Source of the DNA: Squalus acanthias | Taxonomy: Eukaryota | Assembly (NCBI GenBank): GCA_030390025.1 | Contig: JASTWF010000244.1 | Location: 186,001 to 250,000 of the forward strand | Reading direction: 5' to 3' | DNA length: 64,000 bases | Shown: positions 37,501 through 49,500 of the stretch, piece by piece | Numbering within the stretch: position 1 is the first letter of the stretch | Layout: every line of letters starts with the position of its first letter | Notes under the pieces: generated by a model | What the model saw: only the letters and a program-made list of their open reading frames with translations | Database searches by the model: none | Told to the model about the DNA's origin: nothing | Program-made: the position numbers and the translations under genes

Positions 37501-40500
37501 ACATCCAGTCTTGGATGAGCTGCAATTTCTTTCAGCTAAATATTGGGAAGACCAAAGCCATTGTCCTTAGCCCCGAGCATCAATTCGATACTCTTACCAA
37601 CAACTCCATTCCCCTTCCCCAATGTCTTAGGCTGAACCAGAGCCTCAGTATTCTCCTTGACCCTGAGCTGAGCTTCCAACCCCATATCCTCTGCAACACA
37701 AAGATTATCTACTTCCATCTCTGTAACATCACCTGCCTTAATGCTATCTTAGCCCATCTGCTGCTGAAATCGTAAACTATGCTTTTGTCATCTCTAGACA
37801 ATTCCCAGCTAGCCTCCCATCCAACACCTTCTGTAAAATTCTGCTCATCCAAAACCATGCTGCCTATATTTATCCTGCACCAAGTCCCGCTCATCCATTA
37901 TCCCTGTGCTCGCTGACGTCAACTGATTCTCGGTCTCCCAGTCCCTCATTGAAAATTCTCATCCTTGTATTTGAATCTCTTCATGGCCTTTAGCCTTACA
38001 ACCTCCATCCTCTGTCCACAAACTCTTCATACTGCTTATTCTGACCTCTTGTGTATCCCCTCTCATTCTACCTCTCACTGTTGGCTGTGCCTTCAACCGC
38101 CTAGGCCCCACTCTCTTGAATTCCCTCCCTATACTCTTCCGCCTCCCCCTGTACTATTAGCACTATCCTTAAAACCAATCTCTTCCATTTAGCCTTTGGT
38201 AAACCCTCCTAATATCGCCTCCATTAGCTCGTCATCCATTTTTTGATTACACCTCTGTGAAATGCTTTGGGATGTTTTTCCAGTTAAAGGCGCTATATAA
38301 ATGCATGTTGTTGTGGGGGAAGATTAGGGGCAGCCGGGGTCGAGAGGTAGTGGAGAGTTTGAGCTGGGTGTCGTGACCATAAGTGTGGAAGTTGACCGTC
38401 TGTCTCTGGATGATGGTCACTGGCAGTGCATTTCAAGGAATTTTCTTTAACATTGAAATGGTGCATTCTGGGTATTTAGAAAATATTTTGCTTCACCTAA
38501 ATGTATCCAAATACAACAGGTCCAGCCAAACTATCCATTCCCCAAAGGCTACCTTAAAACTTCTTTTCCCTCTGCAAAGAGGCAATCTAACTCCTACCAC
38601 TAGTTCACAGAGACACTCTTTCCCCCTCCAACTCCACCCCGTTTAGATAGGCCATATGTATCACCCAGTTTAGAGACACTTTGGCCCCAATATTTGCGGG
38701 GAGGGTGCGGGTGAAGCTGAAAACAACCGATTAACCTGGCAAGGCTGGGGACGCGGAGGCCCTGCCAATCTTCACAGCAGGGCCTCATTTGCATCTTTTA
38801 GCCACCTCCCGCTCAGCAGCCGTCCAAAAGGACAATCTGACCAGCGGGCAGGAGGAAACACTAGCGGCAGAAGGCTGCAATCAGGGACCCTGGAAATCGA
38901 GCGGGGGAGGGAGGACGCTGCGGTTGGTAATTGGGGAGTCGAGGGAGGCTTAAGGTTGAGGTAAAGATCAGCCATGATCTTATTGAATGGGCCATACGGC
39001 CTAATCCTGCTCCTATTTCTTATGTTCTTATGAAGGCTTCCTTGAGGGGTCTGGGGGAGCACTCCTGCTCCTGTTGGCCCACAAGAGGTGTTGAAGAAGC
39101 CACTTACCTTGGGAAGCCGACAGCTCCCGCCTCCGTTTCACTGCCGAGTTTCCCGTCCCCCGGGAAACCCATTCCGCACAAGTTAATTTCAAATCAGGCT
39201 CCCAATTGCACTGTTGGAGTCCTATTTAAATATGTTAATAAGCGTCCCGCCTCTCCATGGACGGACACTCCGACGTCCCGAATTCTGCCGTCGTAAAAAT
39301 GTCAGCGGGCATGTGAGCAGCATGTTGGGGTCATTTTTTAATTCCCCCCTGCCCGCCGACACTGTCCCGCCCGTTGTGGGGAGGGGTTAATATTGTGGAC
39401 TTCAGGGGGGAAATTCGGTTAGGCCCCATTTGGGGGCGGTGACCAAATTATTGCCGGAGATTCGGCGCCCGACGCGGAAGTATTGCCTCGGCCGCTAAAT
39501 TTGGCTTACCGCCCCGGCGAGGAAGCAGAGCGCTATCTCGGGCGCTCCACTTCCTCTCGGGGTGGTGTCGGGAGCGCCGGAGCGATGACGCTGGCGTTGA
39601 CAGTGGCCTGGGGCGCTACCGGCAGGGGCACGGCGCTATCAGCTAGCGCTTCAGTAGCGCCCCACCGAATTTCTCGGGAGGCGCCGCCCGGGCGATAAGC
39701 CCTTTGCGCTCCGTTAGCATCCCCCGGAGGTGCTAACGGCAGGCGCAAAGGAGCCAAATTTCGGGCCCATGATCTTTAGTATGCACCAGTCATGGCTGCA
39801 GTTCCTCCCCGAGGTTCCTTTTTTGAATCGGTTTCTGTATTACAAGGGGAAATTCCTGTTTCACATGATGAAGCTTCCTACTTGCAGTTTGGTCTTTGAT
39901 CGAAGCAGTAGCATCGTACAGTAACCAAAACCACAGGCACTTGCTGATCAAGCCACCCTTCCTTCTGCATTCCAAAAATCAACCCCATGAAAATCAAAGA
40001 AATCAACCTGAAAACCTACATGGTACTGACATAGAAAAGAGACTACTGCCCTCGCTGTCATTAAACAAAGGACGGAAATTCACCATATCCAATAGTGTTG
40101 CACCAACATTATATAAAAATACAAAATATTATGTTTTAGGGTTTTCTGTTAGATATACTATTTGGCTTAAGCGTCACTGATCAATTATGTCAGCTAACCG
40201 TGTCTCCCCGAGGAACCAGAGTTTGTGTTTATCTGCCCACTATTTATGCAAATATAGTGAGTCCCAGGGATTGAACCGAGAACGATTCCACAACAACAAC
40301 AACAACTTGTATTTATATAGCACCTTTAACATAGAAAAACGTCCCAAGGCGCTTCACAGGAGCGTTATAAAACACAATTTGACACTCAGCCACATCAGGA
40401 GATATTAGGGTAGATGACCAAAAGCTTGGTCAAAGAGGTAGGTTTTAAGTAGCGTCCTAAAGGAGGAAGGAGAGGTAGAGAGGGGCGGAGAGGTTTAAGC

Positions 40501-43500
40501 AGCTGAAGGCATGGCCACCAATGGTGGAGTGATTAAAATCGAGGATGCTCAAGAGGCCAGAATTAGAGGAGCACAGATATCTCGGAGAGGTGTGGGGCTG
40601 GAGGAGGTTACAGTGATAGAGAGGGGCGAGGCCATGGAGGGATTTGAAAACAACAATGAGAATTTTGAAATCAAGACGTTGCTTAACTGGGAGCCTATGT
40701 AGATGAACGAATACAGGGGTGATAGGTGAATGGGACTTGGTGCGAGTAAGGACGCAGGAAGCAGAGTTTTAGATGACCAAGTTTACGGAGAGTAGAACGT
40801 GGGAGGCCAGCCAGGAATATGTTGGAATAGTCAAGTGTAGATTGAGGTAACAAAGGCATGGATGAGGGTTTCAGCAGCAGATGAGCTGAGGCAGGGGCGG
40901 AGTCAGGTGATGTTCCAGAGTTGAAAATAGGCGGTCTTAGTGATGGCGCGGATATGTGGTTGGAAGCTCATCTCGGGGTCAGATATGACACCAAGGTTGT
41001 GAACAGTCTGGTTCAGCCTCAGACAATTGCCCTTGTATTTGAAATAAAAACAGAAAATGCTGGAAATACTCAGCAGGTCAGGCAGCATCTGTGGAGAGAG
41101 AAACAGAGTTAACGTTTCAGGTCTGCATTTGGTTTACTGGAATATATGACGTGCCACCACTGTTTGTCTTTGCTGGGTGAGTTTTATATACAGTCTATCG
41201 GAACGAGGCTCAGTCTGTAAACCAACAAACAAATTTGTTCAGTGTTAAAAAGGTAAGTAACTGGTAGTTGGTACAAAGGGTATACCTCCGTTAGTTTCAA
41301 CCTTTGCTATTCCCCTCATTGTCAAAAGAACTAAGATGCTTATCCTGGCTACCACCAATGTAAAATTTATTTTTGAAACTCCGTTTATGGTGAAACACTA
41401 CCAAAGAGTCACTGATAAAGCAGTCTGCCTCCTGGCTTTAGACAAACTGGCGAGCTGAGCACAGGGTGACAAACATTAGCTCATAATCAGAAGCTCCTGG
41501 CCACAGAGCTGCAACTCAGAGACTACAAAGAATTGTGGGCTCTGCTTCCCCTCATAGACCTGACTTACATCTTCCCCTCAGTCACAGCTGTCAATCAAAA
41601 CCACTACCTCAGACACCTAGGATGATGGAATTGCACGGGTTGGCTTGATTCATTGATCTGTGCCAAATACTTTCAGTGACAATCCCCGTCCAGGTACAAT
41701 GTGAACATCCCATGCACACCAATGAATGGCAGAATTGTGCATGTCTCTATCTTGCCTTGAAATATGAATATTAGCTAGATTGTATTGTGGATTCCCTCCA
41801 GCTTGCAAAAAGCATTATGCAATAACTGACTCTAACATTATAGCCAGTAATAAAGCCAGTAATAGAAAATCTAACAATGACTTTTTGTCACAGAAGAGAC
41901 TTGGCAATTTTCAACAATTCAGTCAGTCTGCTGCTCACTTACTCTGCATCAGTGTCTCCATATTCCACATTCTGAACTGAGACCTCCCCTTTGTCCTCCT
42001 GGCACAGAGGTTCATGCTGAAGTGTTAGTCAGCAATTGGGACTTCCCTTGATGTTGTCTGGGCTGGCTGATCATTAAGAAAAAATGGCTTTCCCACTGGC
42101 CATCTGCGAGAGCAATTGGATTTGTGAGCAGCAGAACTCAAGGAATTCACATTGTGGGAAACTCTCTTCAATGGCAGGACACCATACCTCAGCACCCTGG
42201 CTCCATTTAACCACTGGTCTGTGTCCCACCTACAGTGAGATTAAGTTAGCGGTTCTCATGTACACTTTTTTATCCCCATATTTGCTGCTCCAGTGGATAA
42301 GAAGCATTCATTGGCTGCTGATTATGACTATGGCCATTTACTGCCCCTCTAACTTCTAGGGTTGGCTTATATGTTGTTTAACCTCCTGTTTATTTGTATT
42401 TCCCTTGTGCTATTCTACCTGTCCTGTGTTGTTATTTGGTTTGTCACTGGCCTGTAAAGTATTTTATGGAACTGTGGGTGGTCATATTTGCTGCTCCCTG
42501 TAGCCTGTTCTCATCTTCCCATCCCTTGTTCACCGGTGCAATCAGGGTCAGCAGGAAGCCACGATGGTCTGCACTAAAAGGGATAGCTCCTTTTTGCCCA
42601 TGCAACAACAGTGGGTGCATTTCAAAAGTGATTCATTGACTGTGAAGCATTTGGGACACCGTGAGGCTGTGATAGGTGCTCTGTAAATGCAGTTTGTTTG
42701 TTCATTTGTAGTGTAAAATAAGAAAGACGCACAAATAGCTGGACCGAGTCCTTCCATGTCTTGTTCCCTGGTGCAGTCCAAAAACTTCTTTCCTTCTTAA
42801 ATGAAAAAGCTTCTTTTCATTTGGAAAAATGTAGTAATTATTTTAGAAACAGCTTTAAAATCAAGGAATTATTTTACAGTTTATATTAATATTGGACTTG
42901 GATAAAGAATATATATGTAGAATTAGAGGGCCTTGCGTAATGTTGATGTATGGAATGTTAGAACAGACTGTGATTAGATAGATGTAATACATAAAGAAAG
43001 GTTGGGGTTTAGGTTTCTCTCTTTTTATCCTCTCTTGACCAATCCAAATGTCTTCAGAACATCTCCAGCAATTGCTTCTTTTCCTTCTCCTGCACCGTTA
43101 CCTCTGGAGTCTCCTAAAGATCTATACTTAGCTCCTTCCTCCGACTTATCTACATGCTGCCCCTTGGTGACATCATCTGAAGACACGGGTCAGGTTCCAC
43201 ATATATACTGAAAACACCCAGCTCTAACTCTCCACCTCCTGTATTGACCCCTCCACTGCCTCTGTGTTGTCAGACTTTGTCTGACGTCTGGTCCTAGATG
43301 AGTCAAACTGGAACCTTCCTGGTCTGTATGGAAAGTCATCGGGAACACCAAAGCCATTGTCTTTGGACATCGCCACAAACTCCGTACCCTCGACTCCGAT
43401 TCCATCCCCTTTCCCAGCCACTGTCTTGGGTTGAACCAAAGTGTTCGCGACCTCGACAACCCATTTGACTCTGTGCTGAGCCTCCTGCTCCATATCACTC

Positions 43501-46500
43501 CATCACAAGGACTGCCTCTGTAACATCGCCCTACTCCACCTCTGTCCACCTGCTGCTGAAATCCTCATGCCTGCCTTTGTCACATCCAGACTCGACTACT
43601 GTTACAACATTGTTGGAAATATTGCCCCACATAGACTTGTGATATAAACCACAGAGAAGAGAGAGTCAGGCTAAGTACAACTTGGTTTTTATGGTTTATA
43701 TTCCAGCACCTGTGTGAAAATGGCAAGGCATATGGTTATAGGCTGCATGTTGAAAAGCGGTCTTGTTTTGCAGTGTATTAGTGATCTTGGAGACAAGCTA
43801 TTAGAAAAGATGACTTTCCATACAGACCAGGAAGGTTCCAGTTTGACCCATAATGTGTGATGAGAAAGCTGATCTGAAATGCCAATATGATGAAGGCAAT
43901 ATAATTAGTTTTAGCAATCTGAATTATGCCAGAACAGGTAGTCCTGAGAAATTGGGCCTCCGGCCTCATGTAAAGTAGGCCCCAGGCAAGTCACCACCGA
44001 TGCAGCTGTAAATTGCGGGCTGCTGCATCACCGGTGACAACAGTCGTCAGGATTGCTGACAGGAGCAATCCTGCTTCTGAGGTCGCCACCATCACAGAAG
44101 CCAGTCTTACTATCCAATTCGATTCACTCCACATGATATCAAGAAACGGCTGAGCGCACTGGATACAGAGAAGGCTATGGGCCCCAACAACATCCCGGCT
44201 ATCATGCTGAAGACATGTGCTCCAGAACTAGCCGCGCCTTTAGCCAAGCTGTTCCAATACAGCAACAACACTGGCATCTATCCGACAATGTGGAAAACTG
44301 CCCAGGTATGTCCTGTCCATAAAAAGCAGGACAAATCCAACCCGGCCAATTACCGCCCCATCAGTCTACTCTCAATCATCAGCAAAGTGATGGAAGGTGT
44401 CATCAAGCGGCACCTGCTCACTGATGCCCAGTTTGGGTTCCGACAAGACCACTCGGCCCCCGACCTCATTGCAGCCTTGGTCCAAACATGGACAAAGGAG
44501 CTGAATTCCAAAGGTGAGGTAAGAGTGACTGCCCTTGACATCAAGGCAGCATTTGACCGAGTGTGGCATCAAGGAACCCTAGTAAAACTGACGTCACTGG
44601 GAATCGGGGGGGAAAACGCTCCACTGGCTGGAGTCATACATGGCATAAAGGAACATGATTGTGGTGGTTGAAGGTCAATCATCACAGCCCCAGGACATCG
44701 CTGCAGGAGTTCCTCAGGGCAGTGTCCTAGGCCCAACCATCTTCAGCTGCTTCATCAATGACCTTCCCTCCAACATAAGGTCAGAAATGGGGATGTTCCC
44801 TGATGACTGCACAGTGTTCAGCACCATTCACAACTCCTCAGATAATGAAGCAGTCCATGCACTGGACGACATTCAGGCTTGGGCTGATAAATGGCAGGTA
44901 ACATTCGCGCTACAGAAGAGCCAGGCAATGACTTATCTCCAACAAGCGAGAGTCTAACCACCTCCCCTTGACATTCGCCGAATCCCCCACTTACAACATC
45001 CTGGGGGTCACCATTGTCTAGAAACTTAACTGGACCAGCCACATAAATACTGTGGCAACAAGAGCAGGTCAGAGGCTAGGTATTCTGTGGCGAGTGTCTC
45101 ACCTCCTGACTCCCCAAAGCCTTTCCACCATCTACAAGGCACAAGTAAGGAGTGGGATGGAATACTCTCCACTTGCTTGGATGAGTGCAGCTCCAACAGC
45201 ACTCAAGAAGCTTGACAGCATCCAGGACAAAGCAGCCTGCTTGATTGGCACCCCATCCACCACATTAAACATTCACTCCCGCCACCACCGGCGAACCGTG
45301 GCTGCAGTGTGTACCATCTACAAGATGCACTGCAGCAACTCGCCAAGGCTTCTTCGGCAGCACCTCCCAAACCTGCGACCTCTTCCACCTAGAAGGACAA
45401 GGGCAGCAGGCGCATGGGAACACCACCGCTTCCAAGTTCCCCTCCAAGTCACACACCATCCTGACTTAGAAGTATATCGCCGATCCTTCATCGTCGCTGG
45501 GTCAAAATCCTGGAACTCCCTCCCTAACAGCACTGTGGGAGTATCTTCACCACACGGACTGCAGCGGTTCAAGAAGACGGCTCACCACCACCTTCTCAAA
45601 GGCAATAAGGATGGGCAATAAATGCTGGCCTTGCCAACGACGCCCACATCCCACAAACGAATAAGAAAAAACGGTTGTCAGGACTGCTGAGGAGCTGAGA
45701 GGAGCAATCCTGCTTCTCCCAGCTCCACATTGAGGTAAGTATTTTATTTAAAACTTACCTTTTTGGTGGCTGTATCAATAGTCTGATACCTAAGCCAGGC
45801 AAGTCCGCCGGCACTATGGATTGGTGTGCCAGAATATGTTATTAATGAGACCTGTCACTGGGGTCTTGGATTCTATCAGGCCAGCTCCAAGTAACTGTGC
45901 AAGCCAATAACCTAATGAGTGGGATGGTCCTAGTTGGGCAAACAGTGGGAAGCTTACAGGAATTATGTACTGGTAAGCTGGGTGGCTTCAGCTAATTACA
46001 CTCCAGCAGTAGTTTGAATACACTTGGTGGGGGAGGGGGGGCTAAAGTGTGGCATTTGCAAACCTGCTTCTAAGTTTTCTGAACTTGGGTAAATGGAATG
46101 TGCCCTTACAGAGGCTGGAATTTTACGGGAGGTTCAGCGGGTGGGATCGGTAGTGGGTCGGGTGGAAAAGTGGATTTTTTTTGACAACGGGTCAGGACCC
46201 CACTGTCAACCCGCCGCCACGTGCCTTTCCCAATGTCGGGTCTTTCAGCGCTGTGCAGACCCGACAGGCAGCGGCAGGGGTCCTAATTAAACTCATTATA
46301 ATGTCATTAACAGATCATTAACAGGCTTTTTTAACTTACCTTTTCACTGTAACTTCATGGCTATGGGAACCATGGCTGTCAACCTGAGGCGGGAGTTCAG
46401 TGGCCATTGCTCCAGCTGATTATTTGACAGCTTCAAATGCACAGTAAAAGCTCCCACCTGACAGATCATCACTTGCCTCAGCCACAAGCTGTTTCTCAGT

Positions 46501-49500
46501 CAATTTCCAGCACAGATTCTGCAGGCTTTCCACTTTCCATCTCTCACCTCATTGGAAGAACTCTTTCACCGTTGACAGAATGCTTCTGTCATCTCTACTT
46601 CACCTGCCATCTATTCCATCAACATGGGTGCCCTTTATACTGTCTCATCTTGGTCCTCAGAATCCCACCACGATCAGCCCCAACACCAGCAGCACCAGGC
46701 ACACCTGCAGCAACAACAACACCAACCTTCTCCGCAATCACCTGATGCTGCACAGGACAGAGGGCATCAGCACCCGAGCACATTGCTGCCAGGGATGGCC
46801 TCACCATGGCCAGATTTACTTCATCTGACGCTGTACACCCTGGCTGCCACATGATGCGTCAGGTTGGCACCACCCCACACCAACACCATAAAGCATCCCT
46901 ACAATGCCCAAGCCATTCCTTTCACACTCACCATCATTGCAGTGGGTACCGTTATGTCTCACCATTCACTGCAGCTCACTAAGCCACTTCCAAAGGTGCT
47001 CACAAATCTGTCCAAGAACACACAGTGTTGAAAATAAAGATTTCAATGTTTGACAGCGCATTAACAGAAACTGTATATGAACATTGGATAAAACACAGAA
47101 GTGGTATGATTGCACTAGGATGAGGGTGAGTGTGAGCGGTGGCTAGTGAGATGGGGTTGTGATAATGTAGACCGAGAAAGAGGGATGGGTGGAGGTGCAA
47201 GGTAAGTTGGTGTGAGTAAGGATGTGCAGGGGGAAGGTAGGGGATGTGATGAGAGGCACAGCAGGATGAAGGTGGTGTGGTTTTTTACTAACATTTCGTG
47301 ATCTACTGAGATCATTGAAAGGTTTGTGCCACTGCACCCAGGTCTTCCTGACAACATCCCTGCTTGTGCCCTCCTGTGCAATGTGCAACCAGGCTGTGTT
47401 GGTCTCCTGGGGAGTTCTCTACCGCCCATGGGAAGAGAAGGGGACCTCCCTGCGTGCTGTGACTCCCTCCATAAGCATATGGAGGGAGTCATGGGAGAAT
47501 CTGAGTGCAGCCCTGCACCTCTGTACAGTGCTTGTCAGTGTTTGCAGCACCTCAATGCTGTAGAACACGGACAGCACAAATGTCAAAATAAGGTTGGCCA
47601 TGGTCCCTTTAAGGAAACCGGCTGATGATGTGTCGTCAAATGACGTCATCAGACCCGCTTCCTCTAATTGGACCGGCAAACGCGCTGGGCGGGCTTAACA
47701 AGCCCCATCAATGAAAAGTCATTTTGGACAGCGGGCTGGAGCCAGCAGCGGGGTCGGGACCTGCCACCGATGTCGCCTGCCGAGGTCAGCAAAAGCCCTG
47801 CCAGAGTAAATGTTTCCCTCCATATCTGACAAACAGAAACTTCATGTATAGCCCAGGGACCCACTTCTGATTGTCATCGACAAACTTCTGCAATGTGCAT
47901 GTGTGTTGACAGGAATACAGGATAGAGATCAGCTGCAGACCTTCATGGCTGAATAGTTTTCTAACAATGTTTACGTTAACATGTGAAGAATAACCACTTG
48001 GACAAGGTATTTGAGGACTACCACTGACTATATTGGAGGGCTACTGTGACTGTTGAACCCCACAACAGCACCAATTGTCACCTTTTGAGAGAGAAAGAAA
48101 ACAGATTTGGAGACGTGTGTGTGTGTGTCAATAGCAATATATCATCCTAATATTTTTCTCTCTTTTTGTAGTATTCCCATTCGAAGCATCATACCCACCT
48201 GGGAGGACAGTCATACAACCTGCTTTGAAGTTTCCATCTTTGCTGCTTCATAATCAGTTGCTCGGGGATGCATTTGAATTACCTAATGTGATGCTCCCTA
48301 ATTCCCTGTGAGGAAGCACCCTAACCCTAAATTTGCTCAACCCCAATCAAAGGGATGACAGATTGGTGGTGCACCACATCAGGGAATCATGGATGTGCCT
48401 TGCATCCAACCATTCCATGGCAGTGCTACTGTGCCAAATGAAGCAGTATATTTTGAATCTGTTGTATTTCTAGTTTCACAGAACAGAATCCCCACAGTGC
48501 AGATAGAGGCCATTTCGGCCCATCGAGCCTGCACCGACACATATCCCACCCTATCCCTGTAACCCCACGTATTTAATCCCCCCTAACACTAAGGGTCAAT
48601 TTATCATAGCCAAATCAACCTAACCTGCACATCTTTGGACTGTGGGAGGAAACCGGAGCACCCGGAGGAAACCCACGCAGACACGGGGAGAATGTGCAAA
48701 CTCCACACAGACAGTCACCCAAGGCCGGATTCGAACCCTGGTCCCTGGCGCTGTGAGGCAACAGTGCTAACCACTATGCCACCGTGTTGCCAATTGTGAT
48801 ACTTGAATGGAGATATTAATGTTTAATTGTTCAATTGATATTTAGAAGCCTTGGATGTGAACATATTTGCAAAACCAAAGAATGTCTTAGTGAATGAAGA
48901 TGTTTCCCTGGAATGTAAAGTTACCGGCTATAGAACACCAACACTCGACCTAACAAATGTAGGTGTCCAGTGGTTGTTTGGGCCCAAAAAGGAAGAGATC
49001 TATGTCTATAATGGAGGACGACATTTACCAAAAAGACCTGGAGCAAAAATGTCTGAAACCGAATTACAGAAAGGAGATGCTTCACTTCATCTTCCAAATG
49101 TACAGTTTAATGAAGAAGGAGAATACACTTGTGTTGTAATTGTCACTCCTGATAAGGTAGCAAAGAGTTCAGAAATGCAGGTGTCAGGTAAGTCTCCAAA
49201 ATGTTAACTGTTGTTGATCTCTGTATTAAGTTGTTGGGTTGGGGAAACACTAAGGTATAGTGCATTTAAGCATAAAGGTGTAGAATAAACATGCTCAAGG
49301 TAGAATAGGTGATTCATTGGGTTAGCACACTTATCTTTTCACCAATGAAGTCTGGGTTTGAATGCAGCCCAGACTGATGGAATGAGATTCCGCTCTGTCT
49401 GCTAGCAGTATGTGTGAAATGAGTTTGAGCACTCTTAATTTTGGCACAGAATTGGCAATCTCACTCCCGAGACCAGCAGGAAGGCTGTGTGGGAAATTGG

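Noticed and set aside
38682-39768. Second CpG-island promoter
   Set aside because: The GC-rich sequence is bounded by MITE-like ends and has no associated exon.
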